64,000 nucleotides of DNA from Stegostoma tigrinum (GCF_030684315.1 NC_081379.1:42530381-42594380), one strand, 5' to 3'. Shown: positions 49,889 through 63,780, counted from the stretch's first letter. Numbers and translations: made by a program. The notes: generated by a model not told the origin, from the letters alone.

Positions 49889-52800
49889 GGAATGTGCGGG
49901 TTTTTGTTTAAAGAAATGCTCAAACTGATCTAGGCAGTTAATTGTCAAGCTGTAGCTACTGCAATCTCCATGGAAACACTTCCATCGTTTAGTGTCAACT
50001 CACCAACAAACCCTTCCTTCTTTAGCATAAATATTGGTTTTCACTTTATTTGGTATTTCGTGTGAATTGTTCTGATGAATGCAGGACAAAAGACTTCAAC
50101 AAAATCTTAGTGCCCCATGATCATTAGCCTGGATTTCTTGATTGCCAGATCTAGTGAAGCTACCATTCATTTTATTTGGATGTAAAATATGTCTACATGT
50201 TCTTTTCATCTACAAAGATCAAGGCTCGATGTATTATAGTATGTAGCTCTCAGTATGCTATTTTTCCAACAATACTCAAACTCGGGATCGTCAAATGCTT
50301 GTTTATATCCATTTTCGTTTATTCATAATTTCGCCAAAAGGCTTCAACAAAATCTCGCCAAAACTTTTGGGTTTTAGTTCAGATCTCCACTTTTTAAATT
50401 CTATTTGCTTTATTTGCACTTCCCTTACTCTGCTTGGACAGAAAAAAACAAAGTTCGCTCTTCAAGTTCCACTGCTTCAGAACTAAACCAGCTAGAAAAT
50501 AATGTTTTTTTAATGCAACTGATAAAAGAGAGATGAGTGTTGAGTGGAGCAGTTGGTGCAGGTGCCCAGAGCAAAAGAAATGAGAATGCTAATGGTAATA
50601 AAAGATTGCTCTAGGTGCAAGTTGGGTTTTATTAATAAGCTTTGGAGGTTTGAATGTATTTTGATTTTGCTGAAAGCATGCAAACAAGACAATGGGTGTG
50701 GGGGTGTAATAGGAATGGAGGACAGCATTCGTGTTCTGAAATTGTTGCACTCAATACTCGGCGCTAAAGCGTGTAGGCATAAAGTGAGGTAATGCTCCTC
50801 TGGCTTGTGCTGACCTTCTCTGAAGCACTGCAACGGGCCTAGGAAGGAAAATTATCATGATGGCAAGAGGTTATATCAAAGTTTCTTGTGGTTTGAGTTG
50901 TTTGGCATTTCAATGCATTCTCTTGCTCCCCTGCCATGACTCACATTCGTCTTGACTGTAATAAATAAAGGCTTAGTCTTCTGGTTGTTTTTGATGATCC
51001 ACTCCCTGTCCCCAGAAATCAGTCTGGTAAATCTCTTTTGAATTCTCTCTAATAGCAGTGCATCTTCTATTAAACATTGGTGACCAAAACTGTACACAGT
51101 ACTTCAGGTTCCGCCTCAACAACACACTCTGCAATCGGAACACTCTTGCTTGTTTCGCCATGTCTGCTGTGAATTTTTCAGTTATTTTGTGTTGACTTCC
51201 TGTCTTTTAATAAATGGAAATTGTTGTAATCACAATCACTATTCATAATCTGTGTCTCGATCTTCTCCCTTTTTGCTAACATTGAGGTCGCTTCTATTTT
51301 TATTTCTGTATGAGCAGTTTCCATTTCCTGCCTTAATATTTGTTTAATCTTTTCTCCACAGCTCTGTAGCATGATTAGTTGTTACTGGTGTTCCCTGAAT
51401 GAATTTTTTAAAAAGCCAAATTTCAAGATGCTGGAATTACTTCTTGATATTGCTGTGATTTTTTGTTTACCTTTTGGTGTAATGTTTTAAATGCATTCTA
51501 CATCGGAAGGCCATTAAGGTAACTTGTTTCAGGAGGCAGCCTTTTGTTCAGTTTATACACAGCGGAGGCTTTATTACAGTTTGCACTTATTCACTGTAAT
51601 TCATGGAATCACTGCTTATTATTATACCATGGAGAACGAGTTTGGCTGGCAAAATCTGCATTTGTGTCCCCCTCTATTTAACCTGTTAGCAGGTGTTAAT
51701 GTTTGGTCTTCTTCCACTATTGCAGTTTCTCGTGTAATTCGGGAGGCTTTTCTCGGGCTTTCAGACAATGACAGTGAATGAACAAAGATATAGATATGTG
51801 CCTTCGAAAGGAACTTGAAGGTCATGGTGCTCTCATGTGTGTGCTGTCCTTGTCCTTCCATGTGGTCAAGTTCGGAGTTCAGAAGGGACTGCCAAAAGAC
51901 ACTTAGTGAACTGCTGCAGTGCGTTTTGTAGATGCTAAGTACAAGTGTAGAAGTGTACGGAGAGGGGATTATAGGGCTGTGGAAATAAATCTTAAAGGTG
52001 GCAAATGGTTTGCTGGTGTTGAACTTCCTGAATGTTGGTGGACTAACACTCATCATCCAAGAAATTGCCGAATGCAAATCCAAAAACCTTCCAACAAGTG
52101 CATCACTTCTGACTTGTACTTGCGAATGCTCAGCAGGCTTTGGGGCAGTCAAAAGGTTTACTCACCTCAGAATCCCCAATATATGTCTTATTCTTGTAGC
52201 CAACGTTCTTAAATGGTTGGTCCAGTTAAGTTTCCGGTCAAATGCAGCCTCCGGATTGTTTACGTTTCGAATTATTGATAATATCAGAAGTTATTTATCG
52301 GAGCAGCTTTCTTTAATAAAAAAAAACTATTTTTTATCAATGTCTGACCACAGCCATATTTCCAAACAGCCAAATCTGGTCGAATGATATTCTGAAGTTT
52401 TACATTGTATAATCACTATCTGTTGCCCAATGAGCAGCGAAGCAGAGAGCCATGGCTGAGATTGTAAACGTAATATGTATCACTTCAGCAGAAATTAACT
52501 CAGAACCAAACGATCAAAATTAACAGAGTTGATTAGAATGAAATACTAGTGTGTGATAAAATATGCATTGTACTTATTATCATTTGGAATTTGGATTTAA
52601 AAATAGATGTAAATAAAGTTTGATCCGGTCTCTAAAGGTAATGACTATTTTAAAAGGTTAAAAAGTTATACTGCAGCAGTGAGCTAAACAAAACTTTCCC
52701 AAGAGGGCATGTTACTTCAGCTAGGTTCCTGACTGGACATTTTTTAGTGTTAATAAATTGAATGTTTACTTACTGCTAACTTTTATAACAGACCCCAGGT

Positions 52801-53599
52801 CATTAGTTGTCTCTGTATAGTTCTGGAGGAAGAACTGTTTTACCATTGTAATCAGTTTTCTTTTCATTCGGGCAACTGGTCAGGCTGACTGAAGTGTTGT
52901 GAGTTCATTCAGTTTCTAAACTGGGACAGTTTGTATTGATGTTTTCAAGTTGTTAGAACTGACGTAGTTTGGGCCGTTAGAATTGTGAAAATTTCTGGTG
53001 AGCAGACTCTGAAAGCAATTATAAAACTACTTCCATAGTCTAAGGAAAAGCACATGGAAGGAGTCAGTTAAATCAAAATTAGTAATTTGAGAAAGGGGTA
53101 ATATTTATCTGAATTTGATCATTTGTAAAAGTGGTGTTGAAAAAGAGGTTGAAATTCTGTTTTGGTGTTTGTGTTAAGATCTTACCGACTTATGAATATA
53201 TCTATATGTTATATTTTAGCTTTATTTTCTTTTTGTGTAATAACTGACATTCTGTTGTGAAAGAACATATACAGTCTCGTGTGCAAACGGTCTAGTGGCT
53301 AACCACCACAGTAATCAACTGCAAAAATTAAGCACCTCACCTATCATGCCAGTCGTCTCTTCACAGTTCTGAAGTGATTTTAATGTCACATTTTCCAGCA
53401 TCTGCAGTATTTTGCTTTTGCCTATCAAGGCAGGATGCGACATGTCCAGTGTTACAATCATCTGGGATCACACAATTTTTAAATATTGCAGAATTTTAGT
53501 AATGTTATTTCTAATTTATCTTAAAAACGGATTTGTTACTTTCCAAAATATATTTTAAAATCTACTTTCTGATCTACTACCAATAGTAGACTGAGCTGC

Positions 53600-54155
53600 A
53601 TGGTTATATCAGTAATTGATATATCGGCGAGAATAAACCTGACATAGAGGGCGCACAGGTCTGTCTCATTAGGGTTATTCTGGAATGGTGGACTGTTGTA
53701 TGAGGAAATACTGAGCCCGTATGCTCTGGAATTCAGAACAATTAGAGGCATTGCCGTAGTGACATGCAAAATTCAGAAAGAATGCTTTCCCTGGCTGTAG
53801 TGTCTCAGAATCTCAAAATGAAGGGGGAACTATTTAGAAATGAAATAAGGAGTAAATTCTCTGCTGAGACGGCAGTGAGTCTTCGGAATTCTCTGCCCTA
53901 AAGACTGTGGAAGCTCGGTCATTAAGTTTAAGGCAGAGATTGAAAGGTTTCTATTTATGGACGCAATTGAGGAATATGGTGTTGAGGCAGATGGTTTCTA
54001 ATCAAACTATTCAGAGATTTAATAACACACCTCTGGAGCATGGGGACTTGAATGCAAGCCTCCTGGCTCAGAGATAGGGACATTACCAGTCATGATATTA
54101 AATGCCAGAGCTGGTTCCAGGGTCGAATAGTCTATTTATTTATTTCTATGTTCCA
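53600..54155 (+). mobile_element. Old CR1 3' remnant
   Basis: Degenerate ..LEFRTIRG.. and ..RNSLP.. peptides and a TTCTATGTTC tail. Confidence 0.6.
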
Positions 54156-56239
54156 TGCTGTAAATGTGAATGGAATGTAATGCTGTGCCGTCATATAATT
54201 TGTAGGTTTCTATCTATTCTTTTCTTATACAATTAGTTCAAATTTCTGCCTGTTCATTTCCACAACGGGCATGTAGTTTATATATTTCTGAAAAGTTTTG
54301 CGTCTGTGCAATTAGTACTAATGAGATTCCGCTATGAAATATTTCTTAAATGCTGATATCCATCAATAACTTCCAGAATGACGTAATGGTGCAATAAGTA
54401 ATCTTTATTCCGCATACGAAAGGCTTGATACATTACGGTATCTCGAACGATATAATTGATAATAGTTACACCGCCTTACCAGCCACAAATAGGCACATTT
54501 TTTTTCGAACGGCAAAATCCAGACCAGAATCTTGCTGAATGGTAGGGACCGTTCGACGACCAAATGATGAGTTTAATATTCATGTTCTTGTGTTATTGAC
54601 AGTAAAGCTGATTTAAAACCTGAACAAAATCAAGGGCTTTGTTGATAAGTTTCAACATTCCAGATTTTCGAAATGAACTGACAAACTGATAACATAATCT
54701 TCTGCGCGAAAATTTACATTGTTCTACTTCAAATTCGCCGTCACCACATTGTTTGGTTTTAATTTCAGTCGGTCGTGATGTTTATTTTATGTTCAACTAC
54801 CATAAACTCATAATATCTGCGTTCGATTTTATTTTTAGGTGCATTTCTCACCGTTTTGAATCTTTCAGTCAGCCACCACCAGTGTCGCTGTGGAGCAGAC
54901 GGAATTGAATAAGCCTAATCGAATATAACTTTAAGAGAAAGGGAACGAAATGGTGAAAATGTTGTTGTCTTCGCTCTGTGCTACGCTGAACAATTGACAA
55001 TGGGGTGGCTACTTTGTATAGAGGAGCATGCAAGGCAGGTGATGTGGTCATAGTAACGTCACCACTGCATGTAATCCAGAATCGCCGATTAAGTTTGGGG
55101 ACGTGGGGCAGACGGTTAAATTTGAATTCAACAAGAAAGCTAGCCAATAACAACCAAGAAGAGTCACTCGACTCGAAACGTTAATCTTGCTTTCTCTCCA
55201 TAGGCGCTGCCAGACCCGCTGAGTTCTTCTAGCAATTCTACTTTTGAAACTATTACCGATTTTCGTAAGACCCATACGATTCATTAATGTCCTTTAGGGA
55301 AGGAAATCGCAGTCCTTAGCTGATCTGACCTACATGTAACTCTTTAACTGGTCTCTGGACAATTAGAGATGGACAATAAATGCTGGCCTAGCCATTGATG
55401 CCCCGGTCCCATGAACTCATAAAAAATGCGCAGTGTAGGCACCTACTTTCTATAATTTCTCACGCTATAATACCTACTGTAAGATATTTTCATTCTATCA
55501 ATGATATTTGTGCTACATAATGATCGATATTTAGCATTTCTCAACAGACTCTCTGTTAGGGAAAGAGCAATTGATTTCAGTAGTTGAGCTTTTGCTGGAT
55601 TAAATAACAGTAACAAAAAATAAAAATCATTTTCCAAGTTTGCGACGTACATTTCAGAATGCTAACTGTTCTACCTTAAATACATTCTGGGATATTAATA
55701 GGCCCCATTCACCGTCGATGTGAATAATTTCCTTGTCTTTTCAAAGATTTTCAATTGTTGCGGTGCTGAGAGATTGTTAGTTCTCTTTCTTGTGCATTAC
55801 CCGCTTACTTGCGAGTATCTAGATGAATTGAAGTTAAACATCGCGGTTTGCATTTAACCTCCTCAAGCCGTCGCGAAAAAAACAAACTAAAAACTGAAAG
55901 TTTTGGGTTCCGAGGAAGGGTCACCGGACCGGAAACGTTACCTCTCATTCTTTCTTCACAGATGCTGCTAGACCTGTTGAGCTCTTTCAGCAACTTCTGT
56001 TTTATGTTCGCGGTAAACAAAATGCTTTCCTTTCATTCGTTTCTAAATCATAATCTCTCAAAGTCTCGCTAATAATCAATCTCAAACAAGGTGTCATCTG
56101 CAAGGCTTTCTAGTCAATCCCGAACTCCAGTTTGCATAGATTTTGAGCAAAGTAAGCTTGGCCTTTCCTCGGGACTTCTCCGGAATTAAATTGGCTGAGA
56201 CATTACCAGTAGCCGGCCCAAGATGGTGAAAACGAAATA

Positions 56240-56245
56240 TTTATT
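56240..56245 (-). terminator. Candidate polyadenylation signal for GP1BB
   Basis: TTTATT on + (AATAAA on -), about 110 bp past the stop. Confidence 0.6.
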
Positions 56246-56355
56246 ATGCCGGCACAATGTTAAATGGGGAACATTCGGCCGAATGGTGCAGAAAGCGCAA
56301 CAAGCTAACATTTCCCTGGGATCTGAAAATGTTGGGCCCGGTGAACAGTGTGCTT

Positions 56356-56940
56356 TTACATCGCATTCCGAAAATGATCTTCTTTTGGTGCTCGGATCGC
56401 CTCCTTGGAAAAAGCTTCAAATCTTCTGAGGAATATGATGACACAAATCAGCAGAATGGCCTGAATGATAATGAAGACGAACAGCAGGATCTGGCAGATG
56501 AGAACCAAGTTACAGTACCAGTCCTGGCAGCTAGACACTACTTCATCTTCCGTTAGATACAAGATGAGTCTTCCCTGAAGTTCTGCTGGCCAGGAGCACC
56601 TTAATTTCTTGTACATAGTTCGGTTTTCCTGCTTGAGGAGCCATGATCTCAGATATAGAATGTCACAATCACAGATCCATGGGTTCCTGTCCAATGAGAC
56701 CGATCTCAGCTCACTCAGTGTGTCGAAAAGGCCGCTGGGAATGGAAGAAAGTTTGTTGTCGTTCAGTTTGATCTCGGTGACGCTGGCCTCAAAGCGTTGG
56801 GGAATGGTATCTACATTCAGTTCCAGACGGCTGCAATCAGCAGAGGTCCCGGAACAGCGGCACGTTGGCGGACATTGAAAAACCATTGGAACCAAAGAGA
56901 GAAACACGAGGAAAACCTCTTGGGGTCTCAACATTGACAT
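56356..56940 (-). CDS. GP1BB: Platelet/thrombocyte glycoprotein Ib beta chain-like (signal peptide, LRRNT, single LRR, LRRCT, TM, short tail)
   Basis: CPPTCRCSGTSADC, LNDNKLSSIPSGLFDTL, NPWICDC, LRC..LQGRLILYLTEDE (compare GPIb-beta LRGRLLPYLAEDE), juxtamembrane Cys, TM followed by LRR basic motif. A splice acceptor (TTGTTTGCAG) directly precedes the ATG at 56940. Confidence 0.85.
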   Translation of the reverse strand: MSMLRPQEVFLVFLSLVPMVFQCPPTCRCSGTSADCSRLELNVDTIPQRFEASVTEIKLNDNKLSSIPSGLFDTLSELRSVSLDRNPWICDCDILYLRSWLLKQENRTMYKKLRCSWPAELQGRLILYLTEDEVVSSCQDWYCNLVLICQILLFVFIIIQAILLICVIIFLRRFEAFSKEAIRAPKEDHFRNAM

Positions 56941-57653
56941 TCCTGCAAACAACATTCACGGGTTAGCTCGCAAAGAAAGGTGAAATGTGACAGATGGAGA
57001 AAAAGTATACACGCACGAAACAAATGAAATGCTTAACATAGCCCAATACGCTTGCTGCGGAAAAATCATCTACCTAAATTACAAGTTCAGACCATCGTGG
57101 TGTGATTATTAGACGCAATGTGCGAAAGGGAATTCGGAAGGCTAAAGGAATACTGGCCCTTAATTCAAGCGGTTTGCAACACAACAGTAGAGAATTCTGA
57201 TTCACTATACAAGGTGATGGTGTGGGCTGTTTTGGTCCGCTTATTTAAGGGAAGATATCGTTTAATTGGAGGCAATTCAGAGAAGGTTCACTGTAATGAT
57301 CCCGTATAGGGGGGTGTTTGTCTTGTGAATAAATGCTAAACAGGTTGGGACTCTACTCACGGGAGCTTAGAAGAATGAGAGATACTCTCACTGCGACATA
57401 TAGGATTCTAAAGGACCTTGACAGGGTAAAGGCAGAGAAGATGTCTGCCTGGTCTCTGTCTCCACCTATCCGCGCACTCCATGTATTCGACTTAAATACC
57501 ATCTTTTTCCTCGCATCTGTCAGCTCTGACGGAAGATTGGATCAAATCATGAACTCCGCTTCCTGTCCACAGATGCTGCCAGACCTGCAATTTCGGAATT
57601 TATATCAACGTGGCTTTAAGAAATGAAATTAACTACAAGAGATGGAATATGAT

Positions 57654-57830
57654 CAGCTGTCTTATAAGATAACACGAAATCACAAAACAACATGACTTTG
57701 TGTATGACTCTCCCTGCATTCAGCTTCTGGTCCATTCCTGGATTTTCTGGAGTCACACATGGGGGTGGCGGGGTCGGAGGGTGGGGTGGTGGAGGAAGGG
57801 GAAATAACATTAATGAAACATGTGCGGTGG
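57654..57830. promoter_or_regulatory. Candidate thrombocyte regulatory module upstream of GP1BB
   Basis: CAGCTG-N7-AGATAA (57654-57672), then GGAA (ETS) sites, GC/CACCC boxes and TGCGGT (RUNX-like). Confidence 0.4.
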
Positions 57831-60439
57831 CAGCCACACACTGCTTGGGAAATTGTTGTAGGTGAGTTTAAGTGTGGAAATATAGGGATATATTGAGCCA
57901 CACAGAACAGAAAGCTGGTGGTTTCTCACTTTCATCTGTGCCAGGGGCTGCAACCAGGGAAGGAATATGAAAGAGCCAGTGGACTGTCTGACGGTCAAAT
58001 ATATTGACAAGAAGGCACTTGCTGATTAACTAAATGGGCAAACGTGTCTAAATTGCACTTTAAGCGCCGTGTAAATGAATATCTATAAAAAAAATTAACA
58101 TAAAGTTGAAATCATTACTGCGAGGCATTTGTCGATTTTTTCCACCACTTGCTCTTTGATGATCTGTAAAAATATAGGGAACAATGAACATGTTACAATG
58201 GGATGAACATTGAATAAACCAATTAGGTTTTCCGTTTTGTATGAGGAATGTTCGCTTTAGGAAGTAGGCTTTCGTATTTGTAGCTCTTCACTTAGGACCA
58301 GCATTGTGATGCACACATTGTCACGAAAGAAAAAGGGAGCATCTCATAGAAGCCTATAAAATACTAACAGGATTAGACTGCGTAAGGGCAGGAAGGACGT
58401 TGCCGACGACATGAAGTCTAAAGTGATGATCTTGTGGAATTCTCTGCTACAGAAATTGGTTGAGGCCAAACCACTGAAAGCTTTCAAAAAAGGGATTTGT
58501 ATATAGTTCTTCGGGCTGAAGGGTTCAAAGGGTATGGGGAGAAAATGGGAACAGGGACTGAGTTAGATGATCACTCATGATCATATTGAATGGCAGAGTA
58601 GGCTCGGAGGGCCAAATGACCTATAACTGCTCATTTTTCCCACGTTGCAATGTTCCCTTGCAATTCTTCCTCGTTTGATTTATCATAAGCCATTGCTCAG
58701 AACATATATCTTGTACTTTTCCACCCTTCTCAATATCTCCTGCTGTGGAATCCTCTTCTTGGGTATTAAAATCAGCAAATTACTTTGGGGGTCTTTCTCG
58801 CATTAAGTGTTGCTTCAACCGATAGAAATTCTCCAACTCGCCCTCTTAAGATAGACGTTTCTTAAGATAAAATGAATCCACATCTGATCTGTGGGTGGGA
58901 TTCCCATTAGGCTCCCGTGTAAAATATACCACGAAATCTCAAGAACTACAGGCAGGTAAACTTAGAATAGTCCATTCTTGATATATCGCTTCCAATGTTC
59001 TCATCAATTTACTCACACGAAATTTTACAAAAAACACCATGAACAGAATAAATCAGGAATAATCCTCCCCACCCAACACTTTATTCCATGTGTACATGTT
59101 CTTCTCAATCATTCTGCAAAAACAAATGCTGCAATAGACATTGCTGTGGGCATTGGAGCAACTCCACGTCACATGCGGCGGTGTTTTGACATCAGTAGTA
59201 ATCGGTATAAGGCGTCAAATGCATGTCTATGTGCTCCAAACGCGATACATATTACGTCCCACAACAATTACCCCCTTTCATATCGGCTAAATTGAAGGGA
59301 AATCAATTTTACATTCCACTTCTTGGCTGCAACAGTTTTAAACCCAGGTAATGCAAATTAAACGACGCAATTTTTCTAACTTCGAGAGCACCATTCCAGT
59401 TGAAGAGAGGCATCTCTGCTCCAGCTGATAAAGGGGCTATGTCACCACAAACAAGTTTGTTGGAATCAACAGTCCCATCCCGCTATCTCGTTAAGACCTG
59501 CGCAGAGTAAACGCTAGATCAGACCAACGAGTCACAACGTGAACTCATTGTTTTGAAAAAAAATCATCGAATTCTATAGTAATTAGTAGCTCTACTTCTA
59601 CTGTCTGGTTGTTTAAAAACTCATTTGACCGATAATATTTCAGAGTAACTCGAGTCAGCTCTGAGCGGTTTGGAGTATTATAAATCAGGTGTGGGGCTGG
59701 TGAGAGATTGGAGGAGTTACGTACGAGAGGATATGGCAGCATTGGGTAACGATACTAAGAAAGGGACAGGAAAGGGCAGAGAACACAAACGGAGACAAAC
59801 AGTTAATAAATAGGAATGAACGTGGAACAAAATGGTAAAAATTCGAAACTTATGGCTTTTTGCCTCAATATGGCTAATATTCAGAACACAGTAGATTATT
59901 TGAAAGTGCAAATTCAAGTTAACTGGTCTGCCTGTACAAGGTCAGAAATCACACAACATCAGCTTATAGTCTAACAGGTTTATTTGAAAACACAAGCTTT
60001 CAGAGTCTTGCTCCTTCTTCAGGTGTTAGTAAGCGTGGTCATATCAGACACAGAATTTATAAATAAAAGATCAAAGGGTTGCTCCACTTATGAGGATGTA
60101 CTGAACAAACCTAAGATGTTGTTAAATCTTTAATCAGTTAGAAGGTTTTAATTGATTAATATGTATATGTAAATCCCCAAATTCCTTTGAAGTCACTGTC
60201 CTGAGGAAACTGAAGGTTTTATCAGTGTAAAGAAGAGGTGACATTTTAGGTCAGCCATTGCATGTTAGGTGTGATGCCTTGTTTAGAATCTGTTCATGTT
60301 TTGGTTTGGAGTCAGACTGGTTTTATTTCTAAAGTAAGATTTTATAAAAAGCTGCATTGATTGACTGTCTATAAATAGTGTGTTCTTTGAACAAAACAGA
60401 ATACATTCACAAATACAAATTCACCCCATAGATTCACAT

Positions 60440-60464
60440 GGGTGCATGTGTGTGTGTTTGTGAT

Positions 60465-60518
<54 letters not shown>

Positions 60519-60836
60519 CGCGAGAGAGAGAGACGGTGTGTGTGAAAAATGATCTGTGTGAGAGAGACAGTGTTTATGAGAGATGATCTGCGTGAGTGTG
60601 TATGATAGTGTGCGTGTGTGTGTGTGCGAGAGAGAGAGACAGTGTGTGTGAAAAATGATCTGTGTGAGAGAGACAGTGTTTATGAGAGATGATCTGCGTG
60701 AGTGTGTGTGTGATAGTGTGCTTGTGTAAGTGAGTTTGTGTGTATGTATGCATGTGTGTGTGTTTGTGAGGGAGAGAGTGTGTGTGAGAGAGAGGATCTG
60801 TGTGAGAGTGTGTGTGATAGTGTGTTTGTGTAAGTG

Positions 60837-60872
<36 letters not shown>

Positions 60873-60920
60873 AGAGAGAGAGAGAGAGAGAGAGAGACTG
60901 AGACAGAGACAGAGATACAG
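60440..60920. repeat. Compound (TG)n/(CG)n/(AG)n microsatellite with an internal duplication of about 110 bp
   Basis: Directly visible dinucleotide runs. Confidence 0.95.
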
Positions 60921-61485
60921 GCAGTATAGTGTTGTGGGGTCACCTGTAGTGTGACATGAACCCAAGATCACAGTTGAGGCTGTCTTCATGGATACTGAAC
61001 TTGGCTACCAGCCTCTGCTCAGCAATTCTGCATTGTTGCATATCCTGCAGTTTGCTTGGAGGACATTTACCCGACGATCCAACGCTGAATGTCCTTGACC
61101 ACTGAAATGCTCCCCCACTGAAGGTGTTCCCCCACCACGTGTATGGCAGTACTCATGTGCATCAGCCAAAGTTGTCTATCTCATACACTACAGGCAAGGA
61201 TGCCCCAAGGCATGATATACTGGCGAAATCATGCAGATGCTACCACAACAGATGAATGGACATCATGCAACAATCACCAGACAGGCATGTTGCCTCCCAA
61301 GTGGGAACACTTCTATAGTCAAGGACATTTAGCCTCGGATCTTTGGGTAAATGTCCTCCAAAGCAGGTGTCAGGATACACAACAACAGAGTCTCCGAGCA
61401 AAGCTGTTAGCCAAGTCTGGTACCCATGATGACAGCCTCAATTAGGATCTGGGTTCATGGGGCACGACAGGTGACCCCACCACAC

Positions 61486-61544
<59 letters not shown>

Positions 61545-61575
61545 CCTCTCTGGTACACATATTGTCGCTCACACA

Positions 61576-61719
61576 NNNNNNNNNNNNNNNNNNNNNNNNN
61601 NNNNNNNNNNNNNNNNNNNNNNNNNNNNNNNNNNNNNNNNNNNNNNNNNNNNNNNNNNNNNNNNNNNNNNNNNNNNNNNNNNNNNNNNNNNNNNNNNNNN
61701 NNNNNNNNNNNNNNNNNNN
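61576..61719. other. Assembly gap (N run) next to a (CA)n tract
   Basis: Run of n bases. Confidence 0.99.
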
Positions 61720-62399
61720 GTGAATTTCTATTTGCGGATACATTCATTTTATTCAAAAGGCACACAAATTTATAGACGATCAGTCAAGACGCCATTTTAT
61801 AAATTCCTACTTTAGAAATAAAACCAGTCTAATTCCAAAACAAAACAAAAACAGATTCTAAACAAGGCTTCACATGACCAAAAACATCAGCTTTCCTTCT
61901 CCTCTGATGCTGCCTGGCCTGCTATGTTCCTTCAGTTCCCCCAGCTGTGTTATCTCACACCTAACATGCATTGTCTGACCTCAACTGTCACCTGTTGTTT
62001 ACATTGATAAAGGACAGTGACTTCAAAGGAATTTGGGGATTTACATATACATATTACCTTCTAAATGATTAAAGATTTAACAGCATCTTAGGTTTGTTTA
62101 GTACATCCTCTCACATGGCGTGACCCTTTGATCTTTTATTTATAAATTTGTGTCAGACACCACCTGTCTCACTAACACCTAAAGGAGAAAAACTCTGAAA
62201 GCCTGTGTTTTCAAATAAACCTACTGAGCTATAACCTGGTCTTGTGTGATTTCTGACCTTGTCCACCCCAGTCCAACACCAGCACCTCCACATCATGGTC
62301 TTATGTCGACAAATAGGAGGCTGGAAGAACACAGCAAGCCATGCAGCATCTGGAGGAAAGGAGCAGCCAACATTTCAAGTATTACCCTTCTTCAGGACT

Positions 62400-63780
62400 G
62401 TTACCAAAACATAGTTTCAACCAGATCAAAACTAGGAATTAAATAATATGATTTTCTGAAAGGTCAAGCAGGAAGGAAAGGATGGTGAGGTGGCACTGTT
62501 GGTAAGGAATGAAATAAGTACAATAGCAACAATGATCTTGACTTGGAAAATGTAGAATCCATACTGGTGGAGAGAAGAAATAAAAATGGAAGGAAGACAC
62601 TAGCTTGAGTAATCTACAAACCCCCTAAGAGTAGCTACATTGTTGGACATTGAATAAATTAGAAGAAAATGAGGATATGCAGCAAAGGTAGTATATTATT
62701 CTTGGGTAACTTAAATCTATATGTAGATTAGGATAAAGTCAGAAATCACATGGCTCTAGGTTATGGTCCAACAGGTTTATTTCAAATCATAAGCTTTTGG
62801 ATTGCTGTTTCTTCAACAGCTAATGGAGCAGCACTTTGAAAACTTGCAATTTCAAATAAACATGTTGGGCTGTAAGCTAGTATTGTGTGGCTTCTGACTT
62901 TGTGCACCCAGGTCCAACACCAGCACCTCCACATCATAGATTGGGGTAATAAGATTTGCAGAGGAAGCCCTGATGAAGAATTCATGAAGTGCATTCAGGG
63001 CAGTTTACTAGAACAATATGTTGTGGATCTAGCAGGGATCAGTTTATTCTGGATCTGGTGATGTGTAACCAGGCAATTTAAGAAATGATGTTAGAGTAAA
63101 AGGTCCCCACAAAAAAAATCCCTGTAACATTGTAGAATTAAACATTCAGTTTGAGAGAGAATAACCTGGGTTAGAGGCTTTCGTATTAAGCTTAAACAGG
63201 GGTAATTTCAAAAAATGGGAGCAGAGCTGGCTGGAGTGGACTGGGAGAGGATTTTATGAGCAAAGATGGATGAGGGACAATGGCAGATGTTTTAGAAAGT
63301 AGTACATATCCCCATAGCAAAGATATATCCCAGTGAGGGAAGTAGGGTTCTAGAAAGGGAATAAGCCAATAATGCTAAACCAATGAAGTCAAGGATATAT
63401 CAGAGTGAAATTTTAAAAATGCACACACTGTGGCAAAGATTAATGGTAAGCCAGATGATTGTGAAGATTTTACAAGCCAACAAAAGATGACGAAACAAAC
63501 TAAAGAGGGAGAAAATAAACTTTGAGGGCAAATGTGCAAGTAATATCAAGATGGACCACCAGAACTTCTTTAAATATATTAAAAGAGAGAAACAAAATGA
63601 ACACTGGACCCTTAGAGAATGAGGCTGGGAAAATAATAACAAGGAATTAGGAAATGGCAGCAGAATGAATACATCATTCTTCATTGTTGAAAACAATAGC
63701 ATACAAAATATTTAAGGAGCAGAAGAAAACAGGAAATATAGATAGTAATTATCACTAAAAAAAAAGTGATGGGAAACTAT
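62400..63780 (+). mobile_element. Degraded CR1 ORF2 (endonuclease region)
   Basis: GGEVALL, YKPP, LGNLN and ILDLV-like remnants. Confidence 0.65.

Larger units (their letters stand above)
59935..62290. mobile_element. Older third-family Penelope-like fold-back with CA/TG-rich 3' regions, nested in a CR1 remnant
   Basis: 59935-60430 is inverted-similar to 61720-62260, and 60920-61130 to 61200-61490. Degenerate VVYLIH..YTGE GIY-YIG peptide near 61170-61230. Hammerhead-like core on the minus strand at 59994-60022. Confidence 0.75.

Noticed and set aside
52380-53470. Possible solo LTR of another family
   Set aside because: Only a compositional impression. No second copy, TSD or clear termini could be shown in the window.
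56356-56955. Variable lymphocyte receptor (VLR)-like gene next to Ig genes
   Set aside because: Single LRR, true transmembrane helix and cytoplasmic tail, no Thr/Pro stalk and no flanking LRR cassettes. The motifs fit GPIb-beta. The upstream MLFAG extension overlaps a splice acceptor and is probably intronic.
60369-61815. His/Thr- or Cys/Val-rich ORFs
   Set aside because: These are translations of dinucleotide microsatellites and the N gap.
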